Shown piece after piece: positions 10,819-18,668 of a stretch of DNA of 64,000 bases; within the stretch, counting starts at the first letter, position 1, and each line of letters starts with the position of its first letter. The stretch lies in the NCBI GenBank assembly GCA_043810615.1, contig JBDROA010000007.1:1390-65389 (forward strand). The letters run 5' to 3'. A model generated the notes under the pieces. That model searched no databases and was not told where the DNA came from. It saw only the letters and a list, made by a program, of their open reading frames with translations. A program made the translations under genes and the position numbers. The stretch is from Actinomycetota bacterium. GTDB taxonomy: Bacteria; Actinomycetota; Acidimicrobiia; Spongiisociales; UBA11373.

Positions 10819-11391
10819 TCAGGCGTAGCCGGGTTCGTTGCCCGGGCGCCACTTGATCGAGCACCCCAGGCTGGGGTGCTGCTCCGAGGGCACCGCGGCC
10901 CCGGCGAGGAGGGCGTCGATGGCCTCGCGGAGATCCTCACCGGTGACCGGCACCTCGCTGCCCGGGCGGCTGGCGTCGAAGCGCCCCCGGTACACCAGGC
11001 GCCGGTCGGCGCCGAACAGGAAGAAGTCGGGAGTGCAGGCGGCGGAGTAGGCCTTGGCCGTCTCTTGGGACTCGTCGAAGAGGTAGGGGAAGCGGTAGCC
11101 CCGGAGGCGGGCTTCTTCGGCCAGGAGTTCGGGAGCGTCGCCGGGATGGCTGCCGGGGTCGTTAGCGCTGATGGCGACCATCCCCAGGTCGGCCGGCGCA
11201 TAGTCGGCCCGCAATTGCACCAGGCCGCCGCGGACGTGCTGCACGTAGGGGCAGTGGTTGCAGATGAACATCACCAGCAAGGCAGGCTGGACGAAGTCCG
11301 TCAGGGAGACCGGCCGGCCGGTGAGAGGTTCGGGCAGGGTGAAGCCGGGCGCCGGGGTGCCCAGGGTGAGCCTCGTGGAGTTGACCGCCAT
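10819..11391 (-). CDS. thioredoxin-fold redoxin (AhpC/TSA-type thiol-disulfide oxidoreductase)
   Basis: From internal ATG 11391: MAVNSTRLTLGTPAPGFTLPEPLTGRPVSLTDF...FICNHCPYVQHVRGGLVQL (CxxC) ...ISANDPGSHP... This is a classic redoxin layout. Confidence 0.85.
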   Translation of the reverse strand: MAVNSTRLTLGTPAPGFTLPEPLTGRPVSLTDFVQPALLVMFICNHCPYVQHVRGGLVQLRADYAPADLGMVAISANDPGSHPGDAPELLAEEARLRGYRFPYLFDESQETAKAYSAACTPDFFLFGADRRLVYRGRFDASRPGSEVPVTGEDLREAIDALLAGAAVPSEQHPSLGCSIKWRPGNEPGYA

Positions 11392-11477
11392 ATCGCTCCT
11401 CGGTCGAATTGATGGCGGCATCGTATGGGGATATCGACCCCTACCGCACCCGGCGACGCGCCGGGTAGTGTCCCCTC

Positions 11478-12281
11478 GTGCTCGCGCGCCGCACCGCCCT
11501 TCTCGCCGCCGCCGGCCTCGCCGTCGGCGCGGTGGCTGCCTTCCTCCTCATGCCCCGCGGCGAAGGGGCTGCCAGCACCACCTCGACGACGGTCGGCGCC
11601 GCCACCACCACGACCACCGCCCCCCCGTGGGTAAACCGGCGGGAAACCCGCCTCGGGCCCGGCGTGATCCTCGCCACCGGCCTGCAGATGGAGGGCGGCC
11701 GGGTGCTCTTCACGTACGAGGTCGAACCCATCACCCCCCTCGCCGCCGCCGGCTCCCCCGACCGGCCGATAGAGGAAGTATCACCGGCGGCACCGGCCTC
11801 GTTCACCCTCACCTACCCCGGCGGCGCAGTCGCCGCACGGATCCTGGGCCCGGGACAACGGGCGGGGCGCTTCGACGTGCCCTCCGGGATCACCCTCGAC
11901 CAGGTCCAGGCAATCAGCGTCGACTCCTACTGGGTGGCGGTCCCCGCCGGCTTCACCATCGACCTCTCCCCCTCGAGCGGCGCCTGGGTGCCCACCGCCC
12001 CCGGACTGCGGGCCCGCATCCTGAAAGTGGTGGAGCAGACGGAGAACCGCCTGGTCGTCGTAGAGATGGAAGGGGAGGCCGCCCTGGCCGGCGATCTTGC
12101 CATCGCCGGGGAAGGAAGGGAGTGGCAGTGCTCTTCCTACTCCCAGTTGGGAGGCCTGCGCTGGACCCTCGACTTCCGCGGTGAGACCCTGCCCGACCCG
12201 GTGCGCCTGGTGGTGCGCGGCGTGGCCTGGATCGAGGTCGCCGGAGGCGGACCGGTGAGCCTGGAGGGGATACCGCGATGA
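11478..12281 (+). CDS. membrane-anchored hypothetical protein with a Thr-rich linker
   Basis: GTG start. N-terminal TM helix (LLAAAGLAVGAVAAFLLM), then TTSTTVGAATTTTTAPP, then a roughly 200-aa domain. Its stop overlaps the start of the next gene (ATGA at 12278). Confidence 0.6.
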   Translation: MLARRTALLAAAGLAVGAVAAFLLMPRGEGAASTTSTTVGAATTTTTAPPWVNRRETRLGPGVILATGLQMEGGRVLFTYEVEPITPLAAAGSPDRPIEEVSPAAPASFTLTYPGGAVAARILGPGQRAGRFDVPSGITLDQVQAISVDSYWVAVPAGFTIDLSPSSGAWVPTAPGLRARILKVVEQTENRLVVVEMEGEAALAGDLAIAGEGREWQCSSYSQLGGLRWTLDFRGETLPDPVRLVVRGVAWIEVAGGGPVSLEGIPR

Positions 12282-13254
12282 CCGACAACGCCCTGCGCGA
12301 GGTGCTGTGCTCCCCCCTCGACGACCTGCGCCCTCCCGGGCGTGGGCGCTGGACCGGGGTCATCACCCTGCTGATCGCAGCGGCCTGCGGGTTCGGGGCG
12401 ATCGCCGCGATTCGTTCCCTCGGCAGCGGCGAGACCGCCCCTACCACGGCGACGACAACCCCGGTGGTCTCATCCTCCACTGCCGCCAACCCCACCCCGC
12501 TGGACGAGGTGGGATTGGAGGCGGTGGCTGCCTGGCGCCAGGGCGGCAAGCTCTACCTGGTGGTGGCCACCACGATCCTGCCGGGAACCGAGCGGGGCGA
12601 GGTCGCCGGAATGCCCGGTGCCCACTGGGTGCTCCGCGTCGGGAAGGCGACCTGCGCCCCGCGACCGCCGAGCTGTTCACTGCGCTGGCCCCCGGCCTGT
12701 TCGCCCTGGAGTTCCCCGACATCGACATCACCGGGGGCGTCGAGCTGCTCGCCTACCCGGCCTCCGAGCTGGTCGAGGGGGTGTTCCCCACCGGGCTCGC
12801 CTCGGCCCAGCTCCCCTGGGAGGGGCCCCTCGCTGCCACCCCCTACCTCCTCGGCGGGGAAGAGGTCGTCATCGACCGGCTCCGGCTGGACGACGGCGGC
12901 GGGGAGATCGTCTGGCACCTGGCCGGGGACTCGGAGGCCCGGGCGGTGGTGAGCGCCGGCGCCACCTACTCCGAGGTGGGAGGCGCGCCGCAGGCCATCG
13001 TCGCCGAGCCCGACCTGCCCCTCGCCTCGCTGGTGGCCTCCCCCACCGCCACCCCGGTCACCCGCTTCGGCGTCGTGCACCTGTTCCACCTCGACGACCC
13101 GGATCAGCCCACCTACCGCAGCCGGTTCTGGGGCGATCCGGAGCGCGTCGTGGCCGTAGAGGCGCTGGACCTGGAACTACTGGTGCGCCTGTACCGGTAC
13201 GCCGCCGAGCCAGTCGTCATCCCGGTGAGCCTCACCGTCACCCCAGAGGACTGA
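12278..13254 (+). pseudogene. frameshifted tandem paralog of 11478..12281 (or an assembly indel)
   Basis: ATG 12278 opens a frame with a TM helix plus Thr-rich linker that reads sensibly to about 12645 (...EVAGMPGAHWVLRVG) and then becomes junk. The -1 frame reads sensibly from about 12650 to the stop at 13254 (...DLRPATAELFTALAPGLFALEFPDIDITGG...TVTPED) and parallels the upstream paralog (EEVSPAAPASFTLTYPGG). Confidence 0.5.
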
Positions 13255-13332
13255 ACCCCCGGCCCGCCTCGTGAGCGGCGTCGTCGCGTAGGGGGGGCCG
13301 GGAGCCACAAGCCGAGCCCCACGTGTGGGCGA

Positions 13333-13350
13333 CCGCAGCCTGGGGTGGGG
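13333..13350 (-). repeat. copy (inverted orientation) of the short dispersed repeat CCCCACCC(T/C)GGGCTGCGG
   Basis: ccgcagcctggggtgggg read directly. About 200 bp from a direct-orientation copy at 13548-13565, so the two form an inverted pair. Confidence 0.55.
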
Positions 13351-13547
13351 TCTACAAGTGTCACCCTTGCTCGGATCGACTTCTCCCCCGCCCCAGCGGG
13401 GGAGATGCCCGAAGGGCAGAGGGGGCAGCCTCCCACCAAGGCCTCGCCACATGCTGCCCCCACCCTTGCCCTCCCCCACCGCCGTGGGGGAGGGAGCAAC
13501 ACCCTGGGGCGCTGCTCACGAAGAACACCATTCAGGGCGTGTTCTCG

Positions 13548-13565
13548 CCCCACCCTGGGGTGCGG
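13548..13565 (+). repeat. copy of the short dispersed repeat
   Basis: ccccaccctggggtgcgg followed by tgtgacattgttatc. Confidence 0.55.
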
Positions 13566-13682
13566 TGTGACATTGTTATCAGAAGACAACCGGCACAAAG
13601 GCGGCCAACCCCCAACCGCAGCCCAAGCAGGAAAAGGTCACCGGTGCCCCGGCTGAGACAGCAGCGACCCGGCACAAGGCCC

Positions 13683-14723
13683 CTACTCGTTGACCAGCAC
13701 CACCCGGTAGCGCGCCTGGTTCCGGCGCACCCGGAGCATCGCCTCGTTCACCTGCGCCATCGGCATCAGTTCGATACGGGGGCTTATGCCATGCCGCTGG
13801 GCAAAGGCCAGCATCTCGCGCATGTCGGCCCGGCTCCCCAGGAACGAGCCGGTGATCGACACCTGGTGCGCCACGAAGTTCACCATGGGGCCGACACCGG
13901 AGCCCCCGACGAGAGGCAGATCGATCGGGGCGAAGGCCGGCAGCACCAGCCGCCCGTTCTTGGTGAGGACCATCACCAGGTTCCCCCAGTCGTTCCCCGA
14001 CTGGGCGGTGCAGAGCAGCAAGTCGAAGCCGAACTCCTTCTCCTCCATGGCCCCCTGATCGGTCGTGAGGAGGAAATGGTCGGCACCTAAAGCCCGCGCT
14101 TCCTCCTCCTTCCCGGGAGAGGAAGACAGCGCCGTCACTTCGCAGCCGAAGGCCTTGGCGAACTGGAGCGCCAGATGGCCCAGGCCGCCGATCCCGACGA
14201 TGCCCACCCGGGTGGAGGCCCCCGCCGTGTACTTGCGCAGCGGCGGATACACGGCGATGCCGGCGCACATGAGCACCGCGGCCGCCTCGGGAGCCATGTC
14301 GGCCGGGAGCGGGTAGGCAAACCGGCCCTCCGCCACCACCGAAGAGGCAAAGCCCCCGTAGGGCGTCCAGGTGCCGCAGTCGGCTATCTGGAGGCAAAGG
14401 TGCTCGTCGCCCGCCCGGCACCACTCGCACTTGCCGCAGCAGCGTCCCTGCCAGCCGACGCCCACCAGGTCTCCCACCTTCAGCCCTGAGACCGCCGGCC
14501 CCAGTTCGGTCACCTGCCCCACGATCTCGTGGCCCGGCATCATGGGGAAGTCGAAGACGCCGAAGTCGCCGTCCACGGCGTGGATATCCGTATGGCAGAC
14601 CCCGCAGTGGGTGATCGCGACCCGGACCTCATCGTCCTTCAGTTCGGGTGCCTCGTAGGACGCCGGCTTCAGACCTTCTCCGGGCCCTTGCGCCGAGTAG
14701 CCCACAAAGGTCGAACGCGACAT
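13683..14723 (-). CDS. zinc-type NADP-dependent alcohol dehydrogenase (cinnamyl-alcohol-DH-like subfamily)
   Basis: ATG 14723 with AGGAGGAGG immediately upstream. MSRSTFVGYSAQ...CGVCHTDIH...GHEIVGQVTELG...GIGGLGHLALQFAKAFG. 346 aa. The ORF-track upstream extension is junk. Confidence 0.9.
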   Translation of the reverse strand: MSRSTFVGYSAQGPGEGLKPASYEAPELKDDEVRVAITHCGVCHTDIHAVDGDFGVFDFPMMPGHEIVGQVTELGPAVSGLKVGDLVGVGWQGRCCGKCEWCRAGDEHLCLQIADCGTWTPYGGFASSVVAEGRFAYPLPADMAPEAAAVLMCAGIAVYPPLRKYTAGASTRVGIVGIGGLGHLALQFAKAFGCEVTALSSSPGKEEEARALGADHFLLTTDQGAMEEKEFGFDLLLCTAQSGNDWGNLVMVLTKNGRLVLPAFAPIDLPLVGGSGVGPMVNFVAHQVSITGSFLGSRADMREMLAFAQRHGISPRIELMPMAQVNEAMLRVRRNQARYRVVLVNE

Positions 14724-14820
14724 GACAACCCCTCCTCCTGCCACGGCTGCCGAAGCCAGCATATGAACCAGATGCGCCGCCCGCCATGAGCGGGACGGAC
14801 CACCGGCCAGGTGGCACGGC

Positions 14821-14838
14821 CCCCACCCTGGGCTGCGG
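14821..14838 (+). repeat. copy of the short dispersed repeat
   Basis: ccccaccctgggctgcgg, lying between the ADH start and the next gene. Confidence 0.55.
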
Positions 14839-14876
14839 CGCGAATCTGTTACCTGAGATCGGCTCGAGCGGACTCG

Positions 14877-14911
14877 GGTAACCCCCGGCCACACCCTGGG
14901 CTGCGGTGTGG
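14877..14911 (+). repeat. extended repeat copy GGTAACCCCCGGCC-ACACCCTGGGCTGCGGTGTGG with an internal 7-bp stem (CCACACC/GGTGTGG)
   Basis: Read directly. The ccacacc...ggtgtgg arms are exact reverse complements flanking a ctgggctgc loop. Confidence 0.55.
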
Positions 14912-15037
14912 AGATGTTAGATACTGGCAGCTTGAGACCACTGCGACCGGACTTCTTCGCAGATGTGGGAGTCGATGCTCGGGCCGCCGGCCTCTAGGCT
15001 TTCGCGGGCCGGCTCATTCGACACGGAGGCATCCGGA

Positions 15038-15838
15038 ATGGAATCTGGTTCCCGAGTGCCTTTGATGGACGCGAATCGTGCGGCGCTCGCCACGGTGGGG
15101 TCACGTTTCGCTCACATGCTCAGGATGGTCCCCGACCCCACCAGGCCTTCGGTCGGGTTCTGGAGTGTCGGGGAGACTGCGGCGCATGTGGCCTCGAGTG
15201 CGTCGTTCTTCCTGGCTGTGGCACGGGGAGAGAAGGAGCCGGAGCGCCTCGATGAAGTCGCAGCCGACAACGCGGCGTTCCTGGCGTCGGACCCGGAGCG
15301 GGATCTTCGCACCCTCGCCGAACGCTTTGAGGCCGGTGAGCGGGCGCTACTGGCCCACGTCGATCGCATCGACGGTGATCCGCCTCTGGAGCTATTCGAG
15401 GGTGTAGAAGTACCCCTGTCCACGCTTCTGGCGGTCGAACTCGCCGAGGTGATCGTCCACGGTTTCGACATCGCCCGGGCGTCGGGTCTCACTTGGCGGA
15501 TCACCCGCGCCGAGGCCGCTCCCGCGGCGAGTGGCATGCTCCCCTTGCTCCCCCATGCCGTAGACCGGGAGGCGGCAGCCGGGCGACGGGCCCGGTTCGA
15601 GCTGCGGATCCGAGGCGGATCCTCCGCCACCCTGGAGTTCGCAGGCGGGACGCTGCGCCTCTCCCCGCCAATCCCACAGGCAGTCGACTGTCGTATCTCG
15701 GCCGACCCGATGGTCTATCTGCTGCTCAGCTTCGGCCGGATCGGGCCGCTGCGACCCATGGTGCAAGGCAAGCTCACCGCCTGGGGGCGCCGCCCCTGGC
15801 TGGCGGCATCCTTCCCCTCGCTGTTCCAAAGCGTCTGA
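15038..15838 (+). CDS. mycothiol-type maleylpyruvate-isomerase N-terminal (DinB-like) domain protein with an SCP2-like C-terminus
   Basis: ATG 15038 with GGAGG 8 nt upstream. ...WSVGETAAHVAS... is typical of the MDMPI_N/TIGR03083 family. The C-terminal ...KLTAWGRRPWLAASFPSLF resembles SCP2-type ends. The ORF-track start at 14963 is probably too early. Confidence 0.65.
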   Translation: MESGSRVPLMDANRAALATVGSRFAHMLRMVPDPTRPSVGFWSVGETAAHVASSASFFLAVARGEKEPERLDEVAADNAAFLASDPERDLRTLAERFEAGERALLAHVDRIDGDPPLELFEGVEVPLSTLLAVELAEVIVHGFDIARASGLTWRITRAEAAPAASGMLPLLPHAVDREAAAGRRARFELRIRGGSSATLEFAGGTLRLSPPIPQAVDCRISADPMVYLLLSFGRIGPLRPMVQGKLTAWGRRPWLAASFPSLFQSV

Positions 15839-15904
15839 GCTGCTGAGCAGGCCGCCCAACGACGCCCGTTCCCAGGCGCGCTCACGAACCGCAGGTTGGC
15901 TAGG

Positions 15905-15986
15905 CGCCGAGATTCGAACCGCGCCTGGTACGGCCAGGGACGCTCGCCCGAGGCCAGGTAACCCCCGACCCCACCCTGGGCTGCGG
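15905..15986 (-). other. tRNA 3'-half-like remnant (GGTTCGAATC T-loop-like) fused to an extended copy of the dispersed repeat
   Basis: The minus-sense reads ...caggcgcGGTTCGAATCtcggcgcc..., but the flanking T-stem pairs only 3 of 5 and no acceptor stem is found. 15958-15986 (ggtaacccccgaccccaccctgggctgcgg) matches the 14877-14906 unit. Confidence 0.3.
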
Positions 15987-15991
15987 CTACC

Positions 15992-16252
15992 TCACCCGAT
16001 CAGGGCTTCCACTCCGGCCGGCCAGGGCTCCCGCGAGCCGAGGCGCTCTCCACAGGGCACGTCGAGCGCACCGGCGAGCAGGCGTCCCACCAGGACCGAG
16101 AGGGCCAACCCCTCGGAGCGGGCCCGCCGGCGCAGGGCCTCGGCCACCTCGGCCGGAACCAGCGCCACCAGGCGCTCCCGGGGCTCGCACCAGCCGACGG
16201 GCCGGGGGGCACCCCAGTCGAGAATCGCTGCGGTGTTGTGGGCGGCTGCCAT
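15992..16252 (-). CDS. small ribbon-helix-helix (CopG/Arc/MetJ-type) DNA-binding protein
   Basis: 86 aa. ...RLVALVPAEVAEALRRRARSEGLALSVLVGRLLAG... matches the RHH beta-strand plus two-helix pattern. Divergent from the small gene at 16394. Confidence 0.55.
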   Translation of the reverse strand: MAAAHNTAAILDWGAPRPVGWCEPRERLVALVPAEVAEALRRRARSEGLALSVLVGRLLAGALDVPCGERLGSREPWPAGVEALIG

Positions 16253-16273
16253 TGGGTACTAGCCAAGCAGATT

Positions 16274-16314
16274 GCGCGCGGATAGTGAAGGATTTCGCGC
16301 TCTCAGCGCGCGGA
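16274..16314. promoter_or_regulatory. two direct copies of the GC palindrome-containing GCGCGCGGA, 32 bp apart, in a divergent promoter region
   Basis: Read at 16274-16282 and 16306-16314, between the RHH gene (minus) and the 16394 gene (plus). Confidence 0.3.
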
Positions 16315-16393
16315 GCGTGACGAACCCCGCCCCCCTGGCACCGCCGGCGCCGAACCGGTACCCTCATACGAGAACGCTCTGTAGGAGGAGGAC

Positions 16394-16567
16394 ATGGAGC
16401 TCCGCAAAGGCATGCGGGTCAAGGAGCTCACCAAGAAGGTGGGCCAGGTGGCTCGCACCGGAACCATCCTCGCCGTCCGCGGCTCGACCGTGGATGTGCG
16501 GTGGGACGACGGCCACACCAGCTCGCTGAGTCACGGGTTCCTGTTCCCCATCGCCGGAGACGGGTAA
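16394..16567 (+). CDS. 57-aa conserved micro-protein (DUF1918-like, tentative)
   Basis: ATG 16394 preceded by GTAGGAGGAGGAC (strong RBS). MELRKGMRVKELTKKVGQVARTGTILAVRGSTVDVRWDDGHTSSLSHGFLFPIAGDG, stop TAA. It is below the ORF-track length cutoff. Confidence 0.6.
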   Translation: MELRKGMRVKELTKKVGQVARTGTILAVRGSTVDVRWDDGHTSSLSHGFLFPIAGDG

Positions 16568-16575
16568 CCGCAGGC

Positions 16576-16860
16576 TCACGGCGCGGAGGCTTCCGCCCCC
16601 GGGATCCCCGCCTCGTCGGAATGGGCGCGGCGGTGGCGGCGTACCAGCATCTCCCGCTGCTGGTCGACGTCTCCCTTGATCCGCTCCAGTCGGGCGGGGC
16701 CCTCGAGACGGAGGCGGAACCGGCCCTGCATGCGGAAGTGGCCCTCCGGGGGCACCGCGCCTCCGGGCTGGTAGTCGGGTTCCTCGCGCTTCACCGGGCA
16801 GTGGACCCGGTGACCTTGGCTTGGGGAAGGTAGGTCGGCGCGTCGGCGGAGTCTCGACAT
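16576..16860 (-). CDS. hypothetical protein
   Basis: 94-aa ORF with mixed, non-junk composition (...HCPVKREEPDYQPGGAVPPEGHFRMQGRFRLRLEGPARLERIKGDVDQQREMLVRR...). Convergent with the 16394 gene. No family recognised. Confidence 0.3.
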   Translation of the reverse strand: MSRLRRRADLPSPSQGHRVHCPVKREEPDYQPGGAVPPEGHFRMQGRFRLRLEGPARLERIKGDVDQQREMLVRRHRRAHSDEAGIPGAEASAP

Positions 16861-17237
16861 GAAGCCGGTGCCTCTGACCTGTTTGATGACCCGGTTGCGG
16901 CCCTCTCAGCCTGCTCCCCGGCTTGCGAACCGGCCGGGAGAGCGGTTCGGCAGTTCGGGTCACCACCTTGGAGGCACTTCTGGTCGGTGGTGTTGTTCTG
17001 GTGGGCCGATCCGAGCCTTCGGCCATCTGACGGCGTTCGGTGACGGCTCAATCGTCCCGCCGGCCGTCGGGACGGCTCCCACGGGATCGACGACACCCGC
17101 CACCGCCTGACGTCCCCCTCGGGTCGGGCGATCCTTGGCGTGGGTGACGCGTCTCCCTCGCCCGTCCGCCCCGTCCGACGATCCCACCATCAGATGGGTT
17201 CACCCCGCCGCCCTCTTGGGCTCCCCGCACCACAACA

Positions 17238-18668
17238 CTAGGGCGTCCGCTGCGCCGCAATCGCGTCGATCCCTCGCGCAAGGGCAGCCTCGTTCAGCGC
17301 GATCAGATCGCCCTTCGACCGCAGCGCTCCCCTGATAGCGGTCAGAAACGAAGCCGGAGGGAACAGGCTTGTGGCTGCTTGAAGAGCACCGAGGGCGACG
17401 ATGTTCTTGACCATCTTGCTGCCGATCTCTCCAGAGACCGCGGTCATAGGGACCCCGTAGGCGCGCACTCCCTCAGCGAGATCGGGAACCTCGCCGATGA
17501 CCGTGCTGTCGTACACGATCGTGCCGCCGGCCTGCACCGCGGGTCCGAATTTGCGGAGGCTCGGCCCGTTGAAGGCCACCAGTATGTGGGGTGCGGGAGC
17601 TGCAGGAGAGAGCACCTCGTGCTCGGCGATGTGGACGTCGGCGTACGAGGTTCCCCCACGCGATTCCGGCCCATAGCTGGGAATGTGGGTCGAGTCGAAC
17701 CCCTCGTTGATGGCGGCCCGGGCCAGGAGAAGGGCAGCGGTTTGGGCCCCATCGCCGCCAGCCCCGGCCAGTTTCAGGGCGATGTCATCATGGGCAATGT
17801 GGGCCGGGAACCCGCTTGCGAAGCGGGGCGGCGCCTCGGCATGGCTTTCGATCTGGTCGAGCAGTGCCGCCGCCTCGAAGTTGGGTGGATTCACATCGGG
17901 CCAGGGCTCCCTGTCGCCGAGGTCCTTCTTCACTCCGAGCGGGAAGACGGGCAGCATCCGCTCGCGGACCCAAGCCTCGGCCTCCGTCGGATCGACGTGC
18001 CACTGCACCGGACACTCCGAAAGCACTTCGACCAGTGCGAAGCCTCGCTTCTCCACCTGCATCTGAAGGGCCTTGCGGATGGCGTGCCTGGCGCGGTTGC
18101 GGCGTTGGTTGTCGAACAGCGCCACACGCTCCACGTACACCGGCCCATCCAGAGCGGCGAACAACTCGGCCACCTTCATCGGTTCCCCCATGAAGCGAGG
18201 GCGCCCCTCAGGGGTGGTGGACGTCTCCTGACCCAGCAGAGTCGTCGGTGCCAACTGGCCACCGGTCATGGCGTAGATGCCGTTGTTGACGAAGATCACC
18301 GAGATGGGGATGCCCATCTGCGCGGCATAGATGATCTCGGCCAGTCCGATCGACGCCAGATCGCCGTCTCCCTGATACGACACCACGACTGCATCGGGGT
18401 TGGCCACCTTGTGACCCAGCGCCACGGCGGGCGCCCTGCCGTGAGCCGCCTGGGTGTTCCCCACATCCAGGTAGTAGTAAAGGAACACACTGCACCCCAC
18501 CGGGGAAATGGCAACGGTGCGGTCCTGCACCCCCAGTTCCTCGATGGCCTCGGCCAGGTACTTGTGCACCAGGCCGTGGCCGCATCCGGGGCAGTAGTGA
18601 GTGCTGTGGGCCTTGAGGCCCTCGGCGTGGGCATGCCGCTCGAAGGTCTCGTAGAGGACGCCGCTCAC
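17238..18668 (-). CDS. 2-oxoacid:ferredoxin oxidoreductase, fused beta (TPP-binding) and gamma subunit
   Basis: 476 aa. The N-terminal half reads ...HYCPGCGHG...GDGDLASIG...NNGIYAMTGGQ (TPP/Fe-S beta subunit). The C-terminal half has the gamma-subunit fold (...LLARAAINEGFDSTHIPSYGPESRGG...). Confidence 0.9.
   Translation of the reverse strand: MSGVLYETFERHAHAEGLKAHSTHYCPGCGHGLVHKYLAEAIEELGVQDRTVAISPVGCSVFLYYYLDVGNTQAAHGRAPAVALGHKVANPDAVVVSYQGDGDLASIGLAEIIYAAQMGIPISVIFVNNGIYAMTGGQLAPTTLLGQETSTTPEGRPRFMGEPMKVAELFAALDGPVYVERVALFDNQRRNRARHAIRKALQMQVEKRGFALVEVLSECPVQWHVDPTEAEAWVRERMLPVFPLGVKKDLGDREPWPDVNPPNFEAAALLDQIESHAEAPPRFASGFPAHIAHDDIALKLAGAGGDGAQTAALLLARAAINEGFDSTHIPSYGPESRGGTSYADVHIAEHEVLSPAAPAPHILVAFNGPSLRKFGPAVQAGGTIVYDSTVIGEVPDLAEGVRAYGVPMTAVSGEIGSKMVKNIVALGALQAATSLFPPASFLTAIRGALRSKGDLIALNEAALARGIDAIAAQRTP

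Noticed and set aside
14963-15037. Earlier start for the MDMPI-domain gene
   Set aside because: The upstream 25 codons are not family-like. ATG 15038 has a proper GGAGG spacing.
15895-15990. Possible minus-strand tRNA gene (GGTTCGAATC T-loop)
   Set aside because: The T-stem pairs only 3 of 5 positions and no acceptor or anticodon arms could be drawn. It is kept only as a tRNA-like remnant.
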